Below, piece by piece: positions 1 to 7,268 of a stretch of DNA of 64,000 nt. The notes under the pieces are model-generated. The model did not search any database, was not told where the DNA came from, and worked only from the letters and a program-made list of their open reading frames with translations. Within the stretch, counting starts at the first letter, position 1. Every line of letters starts with the position of its first letter. The DNA comes from Chloroflexota bacterium (GTDB lineage Bacteria > Chloroflexota > UBA11872 > VXNJ01), in assembly GCA_965261345.1 (NCBI GenBank), contig OZ253449.1, positions 2,221,826-2,285,825 of the forward strand, read 5' to 3'. A program made the position numbers and the translations under genes.

Positions 1-232
1 GATGACTCCAACCCTCGGGCTGGCCCTGCCAGGCGTGGGCGTTATCCCAGTGGCCGGATTGGTGGATGTACCGGCCGGTCATGAAGTTGGCGCGCGACGG
101 CACGCAGATCGGGCAGTTGACATAAGCGCGGTCAAAGCGGACCCCGCGGGCGGCTAAGGCATCGATGTTGGGGGTCTTGACGACTTCGTGTCCGTAGCAA
201 CCAGTCATCCTGCGGGTGTGTTCATCAGACAT
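1..232 (-). CDS. Sulfatase (arylsulfatase family), N-terminal part; gene continues beyond window start
   Basis: Minus-strand translation from the ATG (revcomp of 230-232) gives MSDEHTRRMTGCYGHEVVKTPNIDALAARGVRFDRAYVNCPICVPSRANFMTGRY.... This is the sulfatase N-terminal signature, including the C-x-P-S-R formylglycine motif. Not in the ORF track because it runs off the window edge. Confidence 0.6.
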   Translation of the reverse strand, partial: MSDEHTRRMTGCYGHEVVKTPNIDALAARGVRFDRAYVNCPICVPSRANFMTGRYIHQSGHWDNAHAWQGQPEGWSH

Positions 233-391
233 GAGAATTAGCAGGTTCATCGGTTGCATGGTCGGGGTCGGTCCTATTTGGGGCATCGTATCTCTCTAAA
301 TGTTGCCGTAGGGAGCACCCACCGCCCCCGGAATTTTTTTTGGTACCTTGGACTATCGGGTCGGTGCTCACACGGCCTGGAATCATGGGCG

Positions 392-403
392 CTCTCTAGA
401 GAG
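392..403. promoter_or_regulatory. Perfect 12-bp palindrome CTCTCTAGAGAG 12 nt upstream of the SRAP start codon
   Basis: Seen directly. Position is consistent with an operator or translation-control element. No canonical LexA/Cheo box was found. Confidence 0.3.
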
Positions 404-415
404 ATCGGCTTGGCA

Positions 416-1078
416 ATGTGCGGACGCTTCGGGCTCTTTTCCGACCTCGATCATCTGGCCGAGCAATTCGGCTTTGAGCCGCTGGCGTTGCGCGAGCTTT
501 ACCAGACCTCCTACAACGTTGCCCCGACCCAGGATGTGTTGACGGTTTCCGCTCCCGGGCTAACCCTGGAACCGATATGGATGCGCTGGGGGCTGGTGGC
601 CCCCTGGCTGGCCGCCGGGCGGCCGCTGGGCAAACCGATCTTCAACGCCCGGTCGGAGACGATCGCGCAGAAACCGATGTTTCGCAGTGCCTTCCGCCGC
701 CGCCGCGGCCTGGTGCTCGCCGATGGCTTCTATGAGTGGCAGCGGATCGGCGCGCGCCGGCAAGCGCACTGGATTCGCCGGCGCGACCGGGCGCCGCTGG
801 CGCTGGCAGCGATATGGGAGCGGCAGGCCGGATCGGGGCTCCGCTCCTGTGCGGTCGCCACCACCACCGCCAACGAACTTATGGCGCCGGTCCACCAGCG
901 GATGCCGGTTCTATTGGATCCGACGACGGTTTCGCGCTGGCTGGACCCGGGCGCTGGCCGCGATGAGTTGCTCTCCCTCTGCGATCCCCGGGCGTGGCCG
1001 GACATGGAGGTGCTGGCGGTCTCAGATAGGGTTGGCCGGGTGGCCAACAACGACCCCAGCCTCATCGATCCGATTTAG
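416..1078 (+). CDS. SRAP-domain (SOS-response associated peptidase, YedK/HMCES family) abasic-site processing protein
   Basis: The ORF track opens at 254, but the family-typical N-terminus MCGRF (ATG at 416-418) lies inside it. The Cys2 nucleophile requires Met1 removal, so 416 is the biological start. The whole sequence matches the SRAP fold (FNARSET, DGFYEW). Confidence 0.8.
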   Translation: MCGRFGLFSDLDHLAEQFGFEPLALRELYQTSYNVAPTQDVLTVSAPGLTLEPIWMRWGLVAPWLAAGRPLGKPIFNARSETIAQKPMFRSAFRRRRGLVLADGFYEWQRIGARRQAHWIRRRDRAPLALAAIWERQAGSGLRSCAVATTTANELMAPVHQRMPVLLDPTTVSRWLDPGAGRDELLSLCDPRAWPDMEVLAVSDRVGRVANNDPSLIDPI

Positions 1079-1103
1079 GCGGTAGGGCGGCCGCTGGCGC
1101 CGC

Positions 1104-4100
1104 TTAACCCCAATCGCGGCTTGGTTCATTGACCACCAGTTCGGCCGACCAGGGCGGGGCCAGGGCCCGGGCCCGGTCGACCATGATGTTGGCGCAACCG
1201 TCGCGGCGTGACATCTCTCCCTCCACCAGCACCAGCGGGGCACAGAGGGCGTCGCGGTGCCTGTCCCAGGTCGACGGCCAGACCGCCAGCGGGACCATCC
1301 CGAATTCATCCTGCAGGGTCATAAAGATCATCTGCCCCAGCGGCCGCTGCCGCCGCAGCACCTTGCCGGCGACGCTGATCCGGACACCGTCAGGGACGTG
1401 GGCAAGCTGGCGGCTGCTTAGCACCGACCCGGCCAGCTGCGGGCGCAGGACCGACATCACATGACCATCGGTCCAGAGCCCCAGGGTTTGGTACTCGTAG
1501 GCCATCCGGCTAGATGCCGGCAACGGCGCGAGATTGGCCATCGTCGCTCCAAGCGGCAGCGGCAGGGGAGCCTGGGCCGAGGGCGGGCGGTAGCGCAGAC
1601 CCACCTCCCAGAGGGCTTGCCGGCGATCGTCAAATCCGGCCAGCCGGTCGCAGGCCCCGGCCTTGACCAGGGCTTCCAGGGCCCCCTGGTAGAGCCCGCT
1701 GCGAGCCACCAGGTCGCCCAGCGAGCGGAAATTTCCGCTCTTTACGCGCGCGTCCAGCATTCGCTGGGCGCTGGTCTGTTCTACGCCGGCCACAAACGTT
1801 AAGCCCATCCGGAAGGCCGCCTTGCCCGCGGGACTGCAGCGCAGCTGGCTGCGGTTAACGTCCGGCCCAAGGACGCTGACCCCGCGTTGGTGGGCATCTT
1901 CCTTGAGGGTCTCGATCGACCAGAAGCCCATCGGCTGAGCATTAAAGATCGCACAGTAAAACTCAACCGGAAAGTAATGCCGCACCCAGGCCATGTGATA
2001 GGCGGTGGCGCCGAAGGCCAGGGCATGGGCCTCGGGGAACATGTAATGCGGGTTGAATTTCTTAAATATCCGATCGGCTATCGCGGTCGGCACCCCGCGC
2101 GCCCTGGCGCCATCGCGGAAGCGCTCCCAGTAGGAACGGAGCAGGTCGGTGTTGTTGCGGCGCTGAAAGGCCCGCCGCAGCAGATCAGATTCCGAGGCCG
2201 ACAGACCGCCCACGTCCATCCCCAGCTGGACCACCTGGTCCTGGAAGAGAATGATCCCCAGCGACTTGGCCAATGCCCGCTCCTCCAAGGGGTGGTCATA
2301 GTCCCAGGCCCGTCCACCGCGGCGGCGCAGGAATTCCGATACCCCGTCATTGGCTCCCACCCCGGGCCGCACGGCGGCCACCTCCAGGGCCATGTCGTAG
2401 AGATGGCGGGGCTTCATGCGCGCGATCGTCTGCATCTGCGCGGCGCTCTCGACCTGGAACACCCCCACCGTGTCGCCGCGACCCAGGTCGGCATAGACCG
2501 CCGGATCGGCATGATCAATCCGGCTCAGATCGAGTCGCCGGTGGTGGCGGGCCTCGATCAGCTGCAGGCACTCCTGTAGCTGCGAGAGCGCGCCGAGAGC
2601 TAGGAAATCGATCTTGACAAAGCCGGCATCCTCGATCGTGTGTTTGTCCCACTGGCAGATGTAGCGTCCGGCAATTGCCGACGGCTGCACCGGCACCATC
2701 TCGCTAAGTGGCCGCGAACTGATGATCATCCCGCCCGGATGCTGCGCCAGCCCCTTGGGAAACCCCTGCAACTGACCGCCCAGCTCGATCAGGTCGCGCC
2801 AGCCGCGGTGATCGCGCTTGCCCGCCAGCTGCGGTATCTTGGTCAGCGCCTCCTCCAGGTCGGCCGCCGATCGCGATTCGGCGCGGCGGGCCAGGAGTTC
2901 AAGCTCGGTGGCCGGCAACCCCAGCGCCCGGCCGACATCGCGGACCGCGCCCTTGAGGCGGTAGGTGGGGATCATCGCGGTGAGCGCGGCGCGCTCGGGG
3001 CCCAACTCGGCAAACACCTTCAGGATCAGTTTTTCGCGGATGTCGCGCGGAAAATCCAGATCGATGTCGGGTGGACCAACCAGCCGGTCCTCGGGCAGGA
3101 ACCGCTCCAGTGGCAGATCGTATTGCAGGGGGTCGACATGTGAGAGCCCGATCAGGGTGCCGGTGAGCATGGCCACCGATGAGCCGCGCCCGCGCCCGGG
3201 TGCGCGTTCAGCCAGCGGGGCTCCCGCCGGCAGGTGTCCCAACTCGACGGCAACCTGCCTGGCCCACTCGATGATTTGGCGGTAGAGCAGAAAGAATCCG
3301 GCCAGGTCGTGTTTGGCAATCAGGCGGAATTCCTCGTCCAGGCGCGCCTGGACGGCGGGGCCGATCCGGCCGTAGCGCTGCCGGGCGGCGGCCCGGCAGA
3401 CATGCTCGAAATAGGCCTGCCCACTGGCAAAACCGGGCGGGATCGGGTAGCTGGGGAAGGAATAGCGGATCTGCTTGGCGGCAAAGGCCATGCAGCGCCG
3501 GGCGATCAGGTCGTTGTTGGCCAGCGCCTGCGGCCAGCGCCTGAACAGGCGGGCCAATTCGGAGCGCTCGCGCAGGTGGTAGTTGCGGTTTGGGTGCCGC
3601 TGGCGATGACAGCCGTCAAGGGTGGTATTGAGGCGAATTGCGGTCAGGACGTCGCAGAGTCGATGGCGGCTGCGGTCGTGATAGCAGGCCCCATTGGTTG
3701 CGACGATGCCAATTCCCAGGTGGCCGGCCAGCTGGGCCCGGTCACGATTGCCGGCCAGCTCGCCGGGGGCAAGATGGCGCTGCAGTTGCACAAAGACCGC
3801 CTCGTTGCCCAGCATCTGGCAGTAGCTGCCCAGCAATCGGCGGGCGGCGGCGATGTTGCCGGCCGCAAGCAGTTGCGCCAGATGTCCACCCGGGGCCCCC
3901 ACCAGGGCGATGAGTCCCTGCCCGTGCTCGGCCAATTGCCCGCGATCGAGTACCGGATCGCGGCGATCGCCCCGCTGGTGGGCGTTGCTGATCAGGCGGC
4001 ACAAATTGGCATAGCCGATTCCGGTTTCGGCCAGCAGGGTGATGGGGGCGGGCTTGAGCTGGTCGTGCGCAATTGCCAGCTCGGCGCCGATGATCGGCTT

Positions 4101-4286
4101 TATCCCCACCGCCTGGGCGGCCGCGGCCAGTTCCAGCGCCCCGGTCAGGTTATTGCGGTCGGTAAGGGCCAGCGCCCGATAGCCCAGCTGGGCCGCGCGG
4201 GCGACCAGTTCGTCAACCGATGAGGCTCCCCGCCCGAACGAGTACCAGCTCCGGCAGGCCAGCTCGCTGTAGCTTGGCAGCTCCAT
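1104..4286 (-). CDS. dnaE2: Error-prone DNA polymerase III alpha-like subunit DnaE2 (ImuC)
   Basis: 1060 aa. PHP-domain N-terminus MELPSYSELACRSWYSFGRGASSVDELV.ALALTDRNNLTG and a Pol III alpha core. The length (shorter than DnaE1) and position immediately downstream of an ImuB-like gene are typical of the mutasome polymerase. Confidence 0.85.
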   Translation of the reverse strand: MELPSYSELACRSWYSFGRGASSVDELVARAAQLGYRALALTDRNNLTGALELAAAAQAVGIKPIIGAELAIAHDQLKPAPITLLAETGIGYANLCRLISNAHQRGDRRDPVLDRGQLAEHGQGLIALVGAPGGHLAQLLAAGNIAAARRLLGSYCQMLGNEAVFVQLQRHLAPGELAGNRDRAQLAGHLGIGIVATNGACYHDRSRHRLCDVLTAIRLNTTLDGCHRQRHPNRNYHLRERSELARLFRRWPQALANNDLIARRCMAFAAKQIRYSFPSYPIPPGFASGQAYFEHVCRAAARQRYGRIGPAVQARLDEEFRLIAKHDLAGFFLLYRQIIEWARQVAVELGHLPAGAPLAERAPGRGRGSSVAMLTGTLIGLSHVDPLQYDLPLERFLPEDRLVGPPDIDLDFPRDIREKLILKVFAELGPERAALTAMIPTYRLKGAVRDVGRALGLPATELELLARRAESRSAADLEEALTKIPQLAGKRDHRGWRDLIELGGQLQGFPKGLAQHPGGMIISSRPLSEMVPVQPSAIAGRYICQWDKHTIEDAGFVKIDFLALGALSQLQECLQLIEARHHRRLDLSRIDHADPAVYADLGRGDTVGVFQVESAAQMQTIARMKPRHLYDMALEVAAVRPGVGANDGVSEFLRRRGGRAWDYDHPLEERALAKSLGIILFQDQVVQLGMDVGGLSASESDLLRRAFQRRNNTDLLRSYWERFRDGARARGVPTAIADRIFKKFNPHYMFPEAHALAFGATAYHMAWVRHYFPVEFYCAIFNAQPMGFWSIETLKEDAHQRGVSVLGPDVNRSQLRCSPAGKAAFRMGLTFVAGVEQTSAQRMLDARVKSGNFRSLGDLVARSGLYQGALEALVKAGACDRLAGFDDRRQALWEVGLRYRPPSAQAPLPLPLGATMANLAPLPASSRMAYEYQTLGLWTDGHVMSVLRPQLAGSVLSSRQLAHVPDGVRISVAGKVLRRQRPLGQMIFMTLQDEFGMVPLAVWPSTWDRHRDALCAPLVLVEGEMSRRDGCANIMVDRARALAPPWSAELVVNEPSRDWG

Positions 4287-4288
4287 GA

Positions 4289-4582
4289 TTAGTAGCTTTG
4301 CTGGTACCAGCGCCCGCTGACCAGGTCGCAGAACACGGTCAGCAACTGTCCGCTGGCTAGCAACAGCTGGAAATAACGGCGGCGGATCGGCTCATCGCGC
4401 CACCATTCATCATCTAGTTCCCATACGTCCAGCAGCGCCCGCACCGGAATTTGCCGGCCAGGGTGTGGTGCAACCGCCAGCGGGAGGCCGCGATCATCAC
4501 TGTGCACACCGGTGGCGCGCGGCAGGTTTACGGGGCGGTAAAACGGACCAGCGCCTGGCGCCGTTCCGGAATGCGTGACCAT
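4289..4582 (-). CDS. Small ORF between imuB and dnaE2; possibly the frameshifted C-terminal tail of ImuB (DUF4113-like), otherwise a hypothetical protein
   Basis: 97-aa ORF overlapping the 3' end of imuB by ~55 nt in a different frame. It ends in the conserved-looking motif WELDDEWWRDEPIRRRYFQLLLASGQLLTVFCDLVSGRWYQQ, 3 nt before the dnaE2 start. Confidence 0.35.
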   Translation of the reverse strand: MVTHSGTAPGAGPFYRPVNLPRATGVHSDDRGLPLAVAPHPGRQIPVRALLDVWELDDEWWRDEPIRRRYFQLLLASGQLLTVFCDLVSGRWYQQSY

Positions 4583-5727
4583 GGTTCTACTTCAATTACC
4601 CGCAGCAACGCCTCGCCGGCGAGGCGTTTACCCAGCCGGGCTACCGCGACCTGCAGGTCGGTTTTGCGCGATTGCGACCAGAGTTCGGCCTGGATGGTGG
4701 GCACCGTATCAAGCTGGCCCAGTTCGACCTGGAGGTTCTCGACCGGACCGGGCAGGCCCAGTGGCCCATCGCCCAGCCCCGCCAGTCCTGCCTGGATGGC
4801 TGAGTGGGCGGCGGCGGGGCTGGCGGCCAACTCCTTGAAAGTGTGCCTAAAAGACCAGGTCGGGTGATCGCTGATCTGCCCGATCAGGACCGCTTGACCA
4901 GCTGCCCTTCCCTCCATTGCCGGGAGGCGGTATAGGCGCTGCAACAGGGCCAGCAGCCCACTGCTGAAGGCCTCTACACTCACCGCTGGAAATGGAAACT
5001 CGAGCCGGTCGGCAGCCGTTGGCGTGGCCGGCAATGGCCTTAAAGGGGCGTGGTCGCGACCCTGGGCCAGCTCCCAGGCCCGGGCCCCGTCGGGACCGAA
5101 GCGCGCGCGCAGGGCCGCTTGCGGCTGGGCGGCCAGGTCGCCGATGCACTGTAGGCCGAAATCCTCAAGCAGTCGACGCGTTGCCTCCGGCAACGGCAGC
5201 AGCGATAGCGGCAGATCAGCCAGGAAGGACCGCAAGGCCTCCGGACTGGTCGGAGCCGGCAGCATCTGATTGGCGCCCGACTGCTCGGCCGCACAATAGG
5301 CTGCGAATTTCCCCGTGCCCATCCCCAGCCGAACCTCCCAGTCGCCCGCGACGGCAGCGCGCAGGCGGCCGGTTAGGCCGCCAATGCCCCCGTAGAGCGC
5401 GGCCAGCCCACCTATATCGATGTAGGCATGACCCGGATCGGTGCTTTCAACCCCGGGAAAGCAGTTGGCCAGATGACCGATTACGCGTTCCCAACAGAGG
5501 CGGTAATGGACCGGGTCGGCGGCAATGAGGGCCACATCCGGGTAACTGGCCAGAATCTGGCTGAGCGGGGTTCCCGGCCGGGCGCCGATTGTCGGACTTG
5601 CCTCGCGTAGCCGCGGGCGCGAGGCGATGCCGTCGTAGATTACCAGCGGGCGTCCGGCCAGCTCGCGATGGCGTGCTGATTCGGCCTGCAGGGCCAGCCG
5701 GGGAATGATCAAACAAGCTACATACAT
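4528..5727 (-). CDS. imuB: ImuB, Y-family-polymerase-like mutasome component
   Basis: Y-family/UmuC-like fold starting MYVACLIIPRLALQAESARHRELAGRPLVIYDG (ATG = revcomp of 5725-5727). The ORF track extends to 5838, but the family-typical N-terminus begins at 5727. Sits directly upstream of dnaE2. Confidence 0.75.
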   Translation of the reverse strand: MYVACLIIPRLALQAESARHRELAGRPLVIYDGIASRPRLREASPTIGARPGTPLSQILASYPDVALIAADPVHYRLCWERVIGHLANCFPGVESTDPGHAYIDIGGLAALYGGIGGLTGRLRAAVAGDWEVRLGMGTGKFAAYCAAEQSGANQMLPAPTSPEALRSFLADLPLSLLPLPEATRRLLEDFGLQCIGDLAAQPQAALRARFGPDGARAWELAQGRDHAPLRPLPATPTAADRLEFPFPAVSVEAFSSGLLALLQRLYRLPAMEGRAAGQAVLIGQISDHPTWSFRHTFKELAASPAAAHSAIQAGLAGLGDGPLGLPGPVENLQVELGQLDTVPTIQAELWSQSRKTDLQVAVARLGKRLAGEALLRVIEVEPWSRIPERRQALVRFTAP

Positions 5728-5964
5728 AGTCCATGATGATATCAAAACAAGATATGAAAGATGCATACGTTTAGCTAACGCAATAATGCAATTACCGCCC
5801 ACGTCCGGGTAGCCCGATGCCCGGATCCGATTTGCCAATAGCCGGCTCTCCCCTGCCGGTCCGGTCCGCCAGCGGCGGCTTTTTTAAAAAATCCCTTGTA
5901 AGGTCGGGTAATTTGGAGCGCAAATTGATAATTTGGAGGCTGAGCGTTTCAAACTGTCCGTTTT

Positions 5965-7053
5965 GTGCTGGAATGCCCTGGCCTAAAGCACCGATTCGTC
6001 CTGGGAGCTGCCGTGCCGTTGACTGACGACTTTCAAATTCCGGTATCAGATGCGCCGTTTTGCGCCGAGACCGACCTGTCTGCCCAGCAGGACTGGCGGA
6101 CCCCCATCGATCGTTTCTTCGTGCGCAGCCACTTTGCCGAGCCGACGCTTGGCACCGACCATCAGATTTCCATCCGGGGCGCGGTTGCCCGACCCTACTC
6201 GCTCGGCAGCGATCAGCTGCTGGAAATGGAATCGGTGACCCATACGGTCACCATCGAGTGCGCCGGCAACAGCCGATCGTATCTCTCACCGCCGGCGGCG
6301 GGCCTGCAGTTCCAGCATGGTGCGGCCGGCAACGCCAGCTGGGAAGGGGTGCCGCTGGCCGTGCTGCTGGAGTCGGCCGAGATCCTGCCCGGAGCGCTGG
6401 AGGTCCTGTTCCGCGGGGCCGATGCCGGTATGGAGGGCGGCGAGCACATGAGCTTTGAGCGCTCGCTGCCACTTGACCGGGCGCTTTCACCCGATACGAT
6501 CGTTGCGCATTCGATGAATGGTCGCCTGCTTACCCGGTCCCATGGGTTCCCGGCCCGCCTGATCGTGCCCGGCTGGTACGGGATGGCCTCGGTCAAATGG
6601 CTAACCGATATCGAGGTGATCGATTACCATTTTGACGGCCACTTCCAGTCCGATGCCTACACCTTTATTAATCCCGGCGCCGGCTCGGGCCCCAATCCCC
6701 CGGTTACGACCATGGCGATCAAGTCGGTCATCACCCGGCCGAACCAGGGCGCCAGGTTGCGGGGTCCGGTTACGATTTCCGGTTTTGCCTGGTCGGGCAA
6801 TGGCTTGGTAGACCTGGTCGAGGTGAGCCCCGACCAGGGCGAAAGCTGGATTGCCGCCGATTTGGCGCCGACCGATTCCCCGCGTGCCTGGCGCGGGTGG
6901 AGCCTGGACTGGCATCCGCCGGGCAGCGGACACTATGTTCTTTCCGCCCGGGCCCGCGATGCGGCCGGCAACATGCAACCGCGACGAGCCAGCTGGAATT
7001 ACCGCGGCTACGTAAATAACGCGATGCAGGCCATCTCGGTCATTGTTGAATAG
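5965..7053 (+). CDS. Sulfite-oxidase-family molybdopterin oxidoreductase (Mo-co binding domain plus dimerisation domain)
   Basis: Motifs VRSHFAEP and ECAGNSRS (Mo-ligating Cys). C-terminal Ig-like Moco dimerisation region. Confidence 0.75.
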   Translation: MLECPGLKHRFVLGAAVPLTDDFQIPVSDAPFCAETDLSAQQDWRTPIDRFFVRSHFAEPTLGTDHQISIRGAVARPYSLGSDQLLEMESVTHTVTIECAGNSRSYLSPPAAGLQFQHGAAGNASWEGVPLAVLLESAEILPGALEVLFRGADAGMEGGEHMSFERSLPLDRALSPDTIVAHSMNGRLLTRSHGFPARLIVPGWYGMASVKWLTDIEVIDYHFDGHFQSDAYTFINPGAGSGPNPPVTTMAIKSVITRPNQGARLRGPVTISGFAWSGNGLVDLVEVSPDQGESWIAADLAPTDSPRAWRGWSLDWHPPGSGHYVLSARARDAAGNMQPRRASWNYRGYVNNAMQAISVIVE

Positions 7054-7114
7054 CCCGGGGCACCCACAAGGCCCTCGCCGATTGGCCGGGGTTCCGCCGG
7101 CGCCGGCGTCGGCT

Positions 7115-7188
7115 TGGCTGGGGTAGAAGGATTCGAACCTCCGCTACGTGGGCCAGAACCACGCGTCCTACCGCTAGACGATACCCCA
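7115..7188 (-). tRNA. tRNA-Gln (anticodon CTG)
   Basis: Minus strand reads TGGGGTATCGTCTAGCGGTAGGACGCGTGGTTCTGGCCCACGTAGCGGAGGTTCGAATCCTTCTACCCCAGCCA. Folds as a cloverleaf with anticodon loop TTCTGGC, a GGTTCGAATCC T-arm and an encoded CCA. Confidence 0.85.
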
Positions 7189-7268
7189 ATTGGCGCCGGG
7201 TTGAATCAGCGTTGAAAATGTTAGCAAGCAACCTACCGCCAATCAGCCCCACCGACAGGCCCGCCTAA

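Noticed and set aside
254-415. N-terminal 54-codon extension of the SRAP ORF given in the ORF track
   Set aside because: SRAP proteins begin MCG… with Cys2 as the nucleophile after Met removal. An upstream start would be incompatible with catalysis.
3234-4223. 329-aa plus-strand ORF inside dnaE2
   Set aside because: Antisense to a well-supported conserved gene. Gly/Ala/Arg-rich composition is typical of a spurious reverse-frame ORF in high-GC DNA.
5728-5838. N-terminal extension of imuB to 5838 (MANRIRASG…)
   Set aside because: Y-family/ImuB proteins start at the segment equivalent to MYVACLIIPRL. The extension runs through an AT-rich, promoter-like region.
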